NCBI GenBank assembly: GCA_964187785.1
Contig: OZ076413.1
Coordinates: 49,168,001-49,232,000 of the forward strand
Length of the DNA: 64,000 nucleotides
DNA from: Amphiscolops sp. MND2022
Taxonomy: Eukaryota
Direction of reading: 5' to 3'
In this document: one piece after another, positions 12,713 to 23,331 of the stretch
Layout of the letters: each line of letters starts with the position of its first letter
How positions within the stretch are numbered: the first letter of the stretch is position 1
Program-made: the position numbers and the translations under genes
The notes under the pieces: generated by a model
The model's database searches: none
What the model saw: only the letters and a program-made list of their open reading frames with translations
What the model was told of the DNA's origin: nothing

Positions 12713-14227
12713 TCATGAGTTAGCAGACTCGAATGGATTGGTATTAGGCCGAGAAGCATTATTGGGTTGATTCGAAGTGTCTGTGTTCAAGAAGTCCTCA
12801 ATATCTTCAACCGACAACAAATTATTAGACCCATCCGTGTCTCCAGAAACGAAAGCTTGTCTGTTTGGTTCGGACGGTTTCGGATTGAAGTCTTGCCCTC
12901 CGAATCCGTCATCATTGGCTGCAACAACTGGGGTCTGAGAAGCACCCGTGAAAAGTAAGTCCTCGTACATGGGATTCGAAGCAGCATTCGCAGGGTTTTT
13001 TTCAGCACCGCCGTCATCTGGTGCATCCAAAACCAGTGTGTCGAGATCATCTGTGAGAGTTGGAATGTTACTGGTTCTAGAAGCAATGGGTGGTAATGGT
13101 CCTTGACGGGTCTTCTTCGAAACGAAAGCCCCGGGAGCCATTGGGAAAGCTTGATCACTTTGGTCATCGCCCATTAAGGAATGATTGCGATCAGGAGCCA
13201 CTGGTTGAGAAACAGGTGCCGCAAGTTGTGAATTTTGAGCTGGAGACTGATAATTTTTAGTGTGAACCTCGCGTATTCTTTCATACCGGTCATATCTAAC
13301 GAATACTTGGTTCAACTCATCGTTTATTCTCAGCAATTCACACGTAATGTCTTCTGTAGATACCTGCTCTATCAGCTCCACCAATCTAGATTGCATTTGT
13401 CGGCAAACTCCATTCAGATCCTTCAAAAGAGCATATTCAGCGGGTTCTTCTTGTCCGGGAGACAGTTGATTCAACATGTCAGATAGGATTCGGCAATTCG
13501 ATTGAACAACGTCCAGATCCCTCTGTAGCTTGTGGATCTGTGATTGGGTCAGAGATGTCGACGAACTTGGTGGCTGATTGACAGGCTGGTTGTTAACAGG
13601 TGGACTTGGATGACGAACGACAGGTGCTACAGGATTGGGTATTGTTTGAGATCGTGGTGCTGGCTGTTGAAAGGCTGGATGGGGTTTATACGCACCGGGC
13701 TGCGTGCCAAATCCAATTCCCCCAGACGACTTCAAGAGCTTGACTTCATCAGGATCCGACTCAGGGAAAATGATTCCTTTCAATCTAAGCTCCTCGTGTA
13801 TCAGCGCTACACCCTTGAGGTCAGGGTGGGTACTGAAAGCATCGGTCCAATTTTGTATTAGTGCAACGATTTTCTCCTGTACAGCCAAAGAAGGGTTTCT
13901 GGCTGGTTGCAACAGTTTGACCAGGTCCTGAATGAATTCTTTCTGGCAAACATGAATTTGGAATCGATAACCGCAGTTCTTCATACATGTTTCCAGAATA
14001 ATTAAAACATGCAAAATACTTTTTGTGCTTTTGGCAACTTGAAATCGTTTTCTTATGGCTCGTGCAGCATCTTTGGGCCCTTCTTCTCGGGTATTGACAT
14101 AATCACATATCTCCATGATCAGCGTCCAGTCCTCTGAAGGTAGAACTTCATCTGAAGCTCGGGAAATCATCAAACCAACAGGAGTTTGCAAAGCATTAGT
14201 GGTGAATTTATCAATTAATGACGCCAT
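12713..14227 (-). CDS. TOM1: TOM1/TOM1L2-like VHS-GAT endosomal adaptor, 504 aa, single coding exon
   Basis: VHS domain (EDWTLIMEICD..EGPKDAARAIRKR, ETCMKNCG), GAT domain (VCRQMQSRLVELI..ELLRINDELN) and C-terminal NPF. First ATG at 14227; TTTTTTCCAG acceptor near 14254. Confidence 0.9.
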   Translation of the reverse strand: MASLIDKFTTNALQTPVGLMISRASDEVLPSEDWTLIMEICDYVNTREEGPKDAARAIRKRFQVAKSTKSILHVLIILETCMKNCGYRFQIHVCQKEFIQDLVKLLQPARNPSLAVQEKIVALIQNWTDAFSTHPDLKGVALIHEELRLKGIIFPESDPDEVKLLKSSGGIGFGTQPGAYKPHPAFQQPAPRSQTIPNPVAPVVRHPSPPVNNQPVNQPPSSSTSLTQSQIHKLQRDLDVVQSNCRILSDMLNQLSPGQEEPAEYALLKDLNGVCRQMQSRLVELIEQVSTEDITCELLRINDELNQVFVRYDRYERIREVHTKNYQSPAQNSQLAAPVSQPVAPDRNHSLMGDDQSDQAFPMAPGAFVSKKTRQGPLPPIASRTSNIPTLTDDLDTLVLDAPDDGGAEKNPANAASNPMYEDLLFTGASQTPVVAANDDGFGGQDFNPKPSEPNRQAFVSGDTDGSNNLLSVEDIEDFLNTDTSNQPNNASRPNTNPFESANS

Positions 14228-14573
14228 TGAGGAGTCCAACTGACGGCCAATATCTGGAAAAAACGTTATGACTCAAACAGAATGAACAGAAGCTTAAAGT
14301 CAAACGATGTCATTTCATTCGTTTCAAAGCCATATATTCGAACCATCCCTAAGTCGTGACCTGGAATGATGCCCGTTCCATTACAGATTTGAGATGAGCA
14401 ATCCACAAAGCCTAGTATACACTTTATATTCTGAAAAACCTTTTCTAGGAAGAATAGACATTAGGGATCTTGATATATTTCACCCGACTTTTCTCCTCTT
14501 AGATGACATTGAGGAGATTCTCCATGTTCCTGACATCTCATTGCGGAAGGACAAAACAAGACTGTTTTTATTC

Positions 14574-14893
14574 TTTCAAAACAGGTTCGGTAGGAATGAA
14601 GAACTGAATTGAGATTGATTAGTTATGATCGGACTTGGTTTATGTATTAACAATTTCAATTGATGGTAGAAATGGTTCAGCATCGGGTATATATAGCACC
14701 GCGACAGGTACCTGTCAGTCAACAAAAATTGTGCGGTATCAAGAGTTGTCTGTTGTATCGCACAAACAGGTAAATCAATGTGCGGCATCAAAAGTTGTGT
14801 GTGCGATGTCATCTGGCAGGTACTTGAACATTAGGGGTCGTGGCTCATCATTTGATCGTTCCCGTCTTGCGAGGCGGATGGCAAACCTTGATA
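14574..14893 (-). repeat. Copia 3' LTR
   Basis: Direct repeat of 21431..21750 with 8 mismatches by my count; preceded on the - strand by the polypurine tract GGCAAAGCGGGGG. Confidence 0.95.
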
Positions 14894-14962
14894 CCCCCGC
14901 TTTGCCGACAGCCGAGCAAGATGTTGTTGCGTCTTTGTCTTACCCAGTCCCTTCGTGAAAAT

Positions 14963-15308
14963 GGGTGGGCGGAAGTAGGTCGAAGGAACGGGATCGAAAA
15001 TCAGTTAGTCCTCAGGTCGACATACCAAATTTTTGAATGGGATCAAAACAACTCGGATCGAAATTTTATAACGTAGTCAGATCTGTTCACATACCCCTAG
15101 TGCCCTGAATGCAGGAGCGAAGCGAAGCGGAGCGACGAGTCATATGGCCATGCCTCAATGTTGCTACTTGGCGAAGGGAGCGAAGCGACAGAGCCATACA
15201 ACAAATACGATAAAATTCGACCGCATTCCATTCGATTCCTGCAATTCGATCAAAAGGTTCGACCTCTGTTCTTTCGACCAGAAAAATTCGACCTATTTAC
15301 AGCCACCC
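14963..15308 (+). mobile_element. Mutator-like MITE inserted in Copia RNase H
   Basis: TIRs GGGTGGgcggaagTAGGTCGAA / TTCGACCTAtttacagCCACCC; 9-bp TSD cGTGAAAAT/tGTGAAAAT; removing it restores ADIFTKGLG. Confidence 0.85.
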
Positions 15309-15574
15309 TGTGAAAATGTCAGCGCAATTGTCACCACTTGCAATGAACTTCAGATCAATCGACTGATTTTTTACTGTCTCCCGCACAAAGGCCATCCGAG
15401 TTGCAAAGTGTTTCGTCTTTGCGCTGTTGGCATCTCTGGTTGCTAATGCTAGGCACGATTGACTGTCCGTGAACAAAGTCGTCGCTATGGATTCTCCAAG
15501 AGTGTCCAGAACCCCCCGCAAATGCACCGCTTCCTTTACGGCTTCGATCAAGGCATGAAGTTCTGCCTCAGTGG

Positions 15575-18500
15575 TTGAAGTCGCCACACAAGTTTGTCGT
15601 CTAGCAGCCCACGATATTGCCCCACTACCCACGTTGAAGCAGAAACAAGTGATGCCTCGTCTATCGTCCTTGCAGCTGGCATAGTCTGAATCCGTGTATC
15701 CATTTACGCCAGTATCATCGCACTTTATGAAAGTGATGCCCACGTCAGCTGTGCCTCTGAGGTAGCGTAACACGTGCTTCGCTGCTTGACAGTGAGCAAA
15801 CCCAGGGTTGCTAAGAAATCGAGAAAGTAGGTGGGCCGGGAAAGCCAGGTCAGGTCGAGTGGACAGTGAGAGGTAAGCAATGCTACCCAACAGGCCTCTG
15901 TAGTCATGTCTCAACCTTTGCTGTTGCTCATCTGATCCGTCTTCTGGCATTTGATCCTTCGTCAGATCCAGCTTGTCTGCGAGTGGTGTTGAAGCTGCCT
16001 TGCACTAGCCCATACCGTGTTTGCGAAGTAGGTAGCTCACATACCCCTGATGCTTCATTGTCAGCGAACCGTCACCCCAATTGAAGGAAATTCCCAAGAA
16101 CCACGTCAGAGGACCACTTTTGCCAATGTTGAACCGCTCGCTCATCTTGTCATTGATCCACGTGGTAAATTGACTGTCAGTTGACCCGTAAAGTATATCA
16201 TCCACCCAGATCACTATCCAGCACTTGTGACCATTCCTCGTCAGAGTCAGCAAGCAAAGGTCGTGAGGGGATGCCTTGAAGTTGAGCTCAAACAGATGGG
16301 AAGAGAGACACTCAAACCAATTTCGCCTTGATTGCTTTAGTCCATAAAGTGACAGCTTAAGCTTGCACACCATCTGTTTGCCCTTTTGTTACCCCTCTGG
16401 CTGCTCCATGTAGATGTCTTCTTGAATTGGTGCGTTCAGGTATGCTGTCTTTATGTCCATCTGATTGAAATGCATACCCAGCTTCACCCCACATGCCAGG
16501 ACAGTTCTGAGTCTAGACAGCTTCGCCGTTGGTGAGTAGGTGTCGTGAAAATCAATGCCTGGCGTCTGAGTGAATCCCCGTGCCACGAATCGCGTCTTGT
16601 ACTTTACCACGTTTCCTTCGTCATCTAGTTTATGAGCAAAATGCCACTTTCCGCTGACGATGCCTTGTCCTGATGGTGGCCTGACTAGCTCCCAGACACC
16701 ATTTTCTTCCAGTGATTTGAACTCTCTGTCCATTGCTGCTTTCCAGTTGGGATCCGCCAGGGCGTCTGCTGTATTGCTTGGAAGGCCGCTTGAAATCAAA
16801 GCATCACAGTGAAGTGCCAGGTTCTCCAATTCTCTCCCTGTCAAATAATCGCCGAAGTGTTGAGGCGCCCTTCGAGTCCTTCCCGAAAATCTGGTTGTCT
16901 TCTGCTGCACTGCTGTTGTACTGTCTGCAACATTGGGTGTCCCTTCATCTGGATTGATGTTATCTTCTGATTCGCCCTGGATTGCACGGGTTTTCGTATG
17001 TGGTATCGCATTGTTCATCTGACCCCGATTTCAGATCATCAACATCTGATTCAGATGCATCATCGTCATCGCTCTCCCCTTGGGTGACTGCAGAACCACG
17101 TCGGTAAGGAAATGCATCGTCGTTGAAGTTGACGTTTTGTGATACCCAGAACTTTGGTGCCCTTGTCTCTGACCCGTCTGTTGAGGCTACCACATATGCC
17201 TTAGAATTTCCCGAGTATCCCAGTAGAATAGCTTCCCTTGCCTTGCTGTCCAGCTTCTTCCTGACTTCGTTGACCACAAACGACTGAAGGTGTGCACCAA
17301 ACACGTGAAGGTGTGAAAGGTCAGAGAACTCCTGTTTGATGCCATTGAAGTCACTGAACTGCTTTGACTTGAACTCGAGAGCCCCGTCTGAAACCAAGGT
17401 TCCAGGCCGGCCAACATCGATGATGAATTGTTGTAACTTTGCGGTGACCTCATCGTTTGACTTCATTGGGTATACTGCCCCGAAACGGCTGTAACTGTCG
17501 ATGAAGGCCACTGCATAGCGAAAACCCTCGTGGGACTCCTGTTGAATGGGTCTGAGCACGTCTGTGTGAACGATGGCCAGTTTCGTTTTTGCCTGAGTGC
17601 CCCACGTCTTAGGAATGGATGCCCGCTTCGCCTTCTCGGTGCAGCAGATGTTGCAGTTCGTCTTCTTCTCGGAGCCAGAGATGTTCATACCCACGACCTC
17701 TTGCTGCAACTTTGCCACATCGTGCCAGTTGTTGTGCCCCATCACTCGATGCCAGTGCTTGATAGAGTGAGACATCATTGCCAGTGACCCCGTCTGCACA
17801 GGTTGAGCCATCACACTGAATAGTTCGTCGTTCGTCATCATTGGTACAACAGTTCCATTGGGAATCTTGATGGTTGGGTCGTCATTGAACATTGAAGTCG
17901 CTACACAAGTTTGTCGTCTAGCAGCCCACGATATTGCCCCACTACCCACGTTGAAGCAGAAACAAGTGATGCTTCGTCTATCGTCCTTGCAGCTGGCATA
18001 GTCTGAATCCGTGTATCCATTTAGGCCTGTATCATCGCACTTTATGAAAGTGATGCCCACGTCAGCTGTGCCTCTGAGGTAGCGTAACACGTGCTTCGCT
18101 GCTTGACAGTGAGCAAACCCAGGGTTGCTAAGAAATCGAGAAAGTAGGTGGGCCGGGAAAGCCAGGTCAGGTCGAGTGGACAGTGAGAGGTAAGCAATGC
18201 TACCCAACAGGCCTCTGTACTCATGTCTCAACCTTTGCTGTTGCTCATCTGATCCGTCTTCTGGCATTTGATCCTTCGTCAGATCCAGCTTGTCTGCGAG
18301 TGGTGTTGAAGCTGCCTTGCACTAGCCCATACCGTGTTTGCGAAGTAGGTAGCTCACATACCCCTGATGCTTCATTGTCAGCGAACCGTCACCCCAATTG
18401 AAGGAAATTCCCAAGAACCACGTCAGAGGACCACTTTTGCCAATGTTGAACCGCTCGCTCATCTTGTCATTGATCCACGTGGTAAATTGACTGTCAGTTG

Positions 18501-20208
18501 ACCCGTAAAGTATATCATCCACCCAGATCACTATCCAGCACTTGTGACCATTCCTCGTCAGAGTCAGCAAGCAAAGGTCGTGAGGTGATGCCTGGAAGTT
18601 GAGCTCAAACAGATGGGAAGAGAGACACTCAAACCAATTTCGCCTTGATTGCTTTAGTCCATAAAGTGACAGCTTAAGCTTGCACACCATCTGTTTGCCC
18701 TTTTGTTACCCCTCTGGCTGCTCCATGTAGATGTCTTCTTGAATTGGTGCGTTCAGGTATGCTGTCTTTATGTCCATCTGATTGAAATGCATACCCAGCT
18801 TCACCCCACATGCCAGGACAGTTCTGAGTCTAGACAGCTTCGCCGTTGGTGAGTAGGTGTCGTGAAAATCAATGCCTGGCGTCTGAGTGAATCCCCGTGC
18901 CACGAATCGCGTCTTGTACTTTACCACGTTTCCTTCGTCATCTAGTTTATGAGCAAAATGCCACTTTCCACTGACGATGCCTTGTCCTGATGGTGGCCTG
19001 ACTAGCTCCCAGACACCATTTTCTTCCAGTGATTTGAACTCTCTGTCCATTGCTGCTTTCCAGTTGGGATCCGCCAGGGCGTCTGCTGTATTGCTTGGAA
19101 GGCCGCTTGAAATCAAAGCATCACAGTGAAGTGCCAGGTTCTCCAATTCTCTCCCTGTCAAATAATCGCCGAAGTGTTGAGGCGCCCTTCGAGTCCTTCC
19201 CGAAAATCTGGTTGTCTTCTGCTGCACTGCTGTTGTACTGTCTGCAACATTGGGTGTCCCTTCATCTGGATTGATGTTATCTTCTGATTCGCCCTGGATT
19301 GCACGGGTTTTCGTATGTGGTATCGCATTGTTCATCTGATCCCGATTTCAGATCATCAACATCTGATTCAGATGCATCATCGTCATCGCTCTCCCCTTGG
19401 GTGACTGCAGAACCACGTCGGTAAGGAAATGCATCGTCGTTGAAGTTGACGTTTTGTGATACCCAGAACTTTGGTGCCCTTGTCTCTGACCCGTCTGTTG
19501 AGGCTACCACATATGCCTTAGAATTTCCCGAGTATCCCAGTAGAATAGCTTCCCTTGCCTTTCTGTCCAGCTTCTTCCTGACTTCGTTGACCACAAACGA
19601 CTGAAGGTGTGCACCAAACACGTGAAGGTGTGAAAGGTCAGAGAACTCCTGTTTGATGCCATTGAAGTCACTGAACTGCTTTGACTTGAACTCGAGAGCC
19701 CCGTCTGAAACCAAGGTTCCAGGCCGGCCAACATCGATGATGAATTGTTGTAACTTTGCGGTGACCTCATCGTTTGACTTCATTGGGTATACTGCCCCGA
19801 AACGGCTGTAACTGTCGATGAAGGCCACTGCATAGCGAAAACCCTCGTGGGACTCCTGTTGAATGGGTCTGAGCACGTCTGTGTGAACGATGGCCAGTTT
19901 CGTTTTTGCCTGAGTGCCCCACGTCTTAGGAATGGATGCCCGCTTCGCCTTCTCGGTGCAGCAGATGTTGCAGTTCGTCTTCTTCTCGGAGCCAGAGATG
20001 TTCATACCCACGACCTCTTGCTGCAACTTTGCCACATCGTGCCAGTTGTTGTGCCCCATCACTCGATGCCAGTGCTTGATAGAGTGAGACATCATTGCCA
20101 GTGACCCCGTCTGCACAGGTTGAGCCATCACACTGAATAGTTCGTCGTTCGTCATCATTGGCACAACAGTTCCATTGGGAATCTTGATGGTTGGGTCGTC
20201 ATTGAACT
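15575..20208. repeat. Internal tandem duplication of Copia IN-RT-RH, 2 x 2317 bp
   Basis: ORF sets repeat with a 2317-bp offset (16389/18706, 16005/18322); junction near 17891. Confidence 0.97.
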
Positions 20209-21416
20209 TAATCATTGCCCCTTGTCCGTCAATCGCTTGACCGACACCAGATTCCTCGCGTAGGATGGTACCCAGAAGGCATCCTTCAGTTCCAGTAGAC
20301 AAGAACGGCCCGTATTGTCCTGCACAAAGCATCGCACTGTCCCACGTCCTCTGATCTCTGAACGACTGCTGTTAGCGTTGCATACGTCTGCCAGAAAACC
20401 CTCGTCCAGATCGGAGAAGAGCTCTTTGTTCTTGATCATGAAGCCGTTGCACCCAGAGTCATTGAGAAGCTCAATGCTCCCCTTGTCGTAGCAACCAGCC
20501 CTGAAAGCCCCGAAGCCGAAGAAGTCCGCTGATGAATGATTGCTGGATTGACCCGAGCCACATCCTCCACTTGAGCTCTTTTGCTGTCCCTTCCTGCAGG
20601 AGGAAGCCAGATGCCCCTTCTGACCACAGTTGAAGCAAGTCCTCGTCTCCCGACTCTGGCAGTCCTTAGCTCAGTGCCCCGTCTTTCCAGACTTGAAGGC
20701 CACCCGGCTGAGTGAAATGCTGTCATCGATGTCTCGCTGGAAACACAGATACTCCTGGTTGCTGCAAAGTTGACCAAGTCCTCCTTCATCTCGTAGTACC
20801 CCTTTGCTGTGCCGAAGTTGAGGACTGCCACTGTCGAAGTCACTTGGAAGACCCTTGAGAATCATCGCTGTGAAGAGAGCATCTGAGACCACGTCCCCCG
20901 CTTCAGCCAGATCCAATTTGAGCCCTTCTACTTTGGTGAGGTAGTCAGTCACCTTCTCCCCTGATGTCATCTTGAGACCAGTGAGCTGTGTCATCAGTGA
21001 TTGAACACGAGGCCGTTCAGTTGATTTGTGGAGCTTCGTCAAAGCTGTCCAGGCTGCAGTCCCATTCGGCTTGTGCCCTCTGATGAAGTTGATGCTTGCC
21101 TTGTCAAGGCACTGAACCAGCTCGCACCACACCATGTACTGTAGTTTGGCTCGATCTTCTTCTTCCCCCTCTCGCTTGACACGTTCGTCATTCGTCTCCA
21201 TATCTTTTTGAGGTGTTGTTTTGATTCTGTCCAGAAGGCAGTCAGAAAGTCCCAGGGCAAAGACTCTTGCTTCGAACTGCTCCAGAAAAGTGGGGAAGTC
21301 GTCCTCTCGTCCACTAAACAGCAGCTTCTTTTGTCGAGAGTGTCGTGGTGCCGTCATCGGGATCTGCGCTGGTGAGGCTGTGATCAGCTAAGTAGATGGC
21401 GTCGTCTGGGAAGCCG

Positions 21417-21430
21417 CTGGGCCCAAAATC
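21417..21430 (-). promoter_or_regulatory. Primer binding site, half-tRNA-iMet type
   Basis: GATTTTGGGCCCAG directly after the 5' LTR, 12/14 to the copia-type GGTTATGGGCCCAG as I recall it. Confidence 0.7.
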
Positions 21431-21750
21431 TTCCAAAACAGGTTGGGTAGGAATGAAGAACTGAATTGAGATTGATTAGTTATGATCGGACTTGGTTTAT
21501 GTATTTACAATTGCAATTGATGGTAGAAATGGTTCAGCATCGGGTATTTATAGCACCGCGACAGGTACCTGTCAGTCAACAAAAATTGTGCGGTATCAAG
21601 AGTTGTCTGTTGTATCGCACAAAGAGGTACATCAATGTGCGGCATCAAAAGTTGTGTGTGCGATGTCATCTGGCAGGTACTTGAACTTTAGGGGTCGTGG
21701 CTCATCATTTGATCGTTCCCGTCTTGCGAGGCGGATGGCAAACCTTGATA
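21431..21750 (-). repeat. Copia 5' LTR
   Basis: TATAAATA at 21545-21552 (-); followed by the primer binding site. Confidence 0.95.
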
Positions 21751-22156
21751 TATTCCATTATCAGATATCATGGATCTTCGTCATCAATCAAGTGCCATGT
21801 GCATCATCATGTTGAGGGGAGAAGACACACACCCGTGGTCTGCAACGAAAGTAGGGAACCCCATACCAGCCACTATCCCATACGAACAGTAACGAAAAAC
21901 AACAAAAAAACTCATACTAGCCACTATTCCAGTAGAGACCGTGTAAACCGTCCCGTTCAACTTTTAGCACAGTGGCACGTATGCGCAACACAGTTGTAAA
22001 ACCAAATGAGATCCGAAGCAGCTGATCAGCATGTTTCGGGCCTAGGTTCTTGCAAGGAACGACGTTCAGCCATTGAGACCCGAATTTGCCTTGATGAGCG
22101 TTAAAAACATTCGAACGTTTGTCATCTATTCTGGAAATCAAACCATGGTCAGTTTT

Positions 22157-22505
22157 GGGTGGCTGTAAATAGGTCGAATTTTTTTGGTCGAAAGGACAGA
22201 GGTCGAACCTTTTGATTGAACTGCAGGGATCGAATGGAATGCGGTCGAATTTTATCGTATTTGTTTTATGGCTCGGTCGCTTTGCTCCCTTCGCCAAGTA
22301 GCAACATTGAGGCATGGCCATATGGCACGTCGCTCCGCTTCGCTTGGCTCCTGCATTCAGGGCACTAGGGATATGTGAACATATCTGACTACGTTATAAA
22401 ACTTTCGATCCGAGTTGTTTCGATCCCAATCAAAAATTTGGTACGTCGACCTGAGGACTAACTCTGATTTTCGATCCCGTTCCTTCGACCTATTTCCGCC
22501 CACCC
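22157..22505 (-). mobile_element. Second copy of the same MITE, opposite orientation
   Basis: Reverse complement of 14963..15308 with its own 9-bp TSD GtCAGTTTT/GgCAGTTTT. Confidence 0.85.
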
Positions 22506-22850
22506 GGCAGTTTTGACGTAGACACGTTGTGTCCAATTTTTCTGAGTTCCATCGAAAGGAAAGTCCTGTTTATTCGGTAAACTCAAGAATTTCTCTAGTG
22601 CTTTTGTAAATGAAACAACTTCGAATGTTTCCGAGAAAATCATAGTGAGGAAGTCACTCGTGTCGAAAGCTGAGGCCAAAAAGACGGAAAGTGCTCTAAA
22701 TGATGCGGATGAAACACCAAGACTACCCATTTCAGCGGGAAGAGCCAGCTGAGTACTCGAAATATTGTCGAAGTTCACATTACACACTTTTGAAAACCCG
22801 TCGCGTACGGTTTTGTCATACTTTTCCGAAAGAGCTGGCTGGTTGGAACA

Positions 22851-23331
22851 GCTACGTGGAATCAGGTCTAATGAAAACTGAGATCTAAATAAATTGATCT
22901 AAATAATCAGGTCTAAAAATCTTTTCTATTTTGATCTAATTTGAGGAAAAAATAAGTCAATTAGGATCTAAAACTGAAAAATGATATAAAGTACAAAACG
23001 TGCCTCGGATATGTCACCATTTCTTCTAGTGCCCCGCGGCCCCTTGGGGCCGCTTATATTCCCATCTTGCTAAGCGAGGTCGAACAGGAGCAAAGACCTA
23101 GCGGGAACGAAGATCGCGAAGCGATCGTAGCGGGAGCTGGACTTTGCGACGGTGAGGGCGAGCGTGCATACATCGCATATGCCCCACATTTTTTTTCGCT
23201 TCCAGAACACATATTAGATCATAAAGGGGTTAGACCTGAGTATTTCAGATAAAATTAGATCTGAAAGTTAGACCTAACAGTTAGATCTAATTCCATTAGT
23301 CCCAAGCAATTAGATCAAAAGCGTACACTCC
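22851..23331. mobile_element. AGATCT-motif MITE-like insertion in the CRE element
   Basis: 9-bp TSD GTTGgAACA/GTTGaAACA; AGATCTAA motifs at both ends; core CTAGTGCCCCGCGGCCCCTTGGGGCCGC shared with the 34.9-kb and 35.85-kb repeats. Confidence 0.65.

Larger units (their letters stand above)
14574..21750 (-). mobile_element. Ty1/Copia LTR retrotransposon, fully delimited but non-functional
   Basis: Two 320-bp LTRs and a 5-bp TSD TATTC (14569-14573, 21751-21755). Order: gag (20671..21357, CFNCGQKGH knuckle), PR (DSG), GAG-pre-integrase WHRVMGH, IN, RT (ARGFTQ, SLYGLKQ, WVDD), RNase H (DSDYA, TEAE, ADIFT|KGLG). The integrase lacks its E-containing segment. Confidence 0.97.

Noticed and set aside
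16960..18267. Novel RNaseH-integrase domain order as a new retroelement type
   Set aside because: Explained by the tandem-duplication junction; both domains are truncated.
14635..21815. 107-aa ORFs 14635..14958 and 21492..21815 as genes
   Set aside because: Antisense readings of the LTRs with non-ATG starts.
14963..22505. Inverted 350-bp pair as TIRs of one composite transposon carrying the Copia element
   Set aside because: Each copy has its own TIRs and its own 9-bp TSD, so they are independent MITE insertions.
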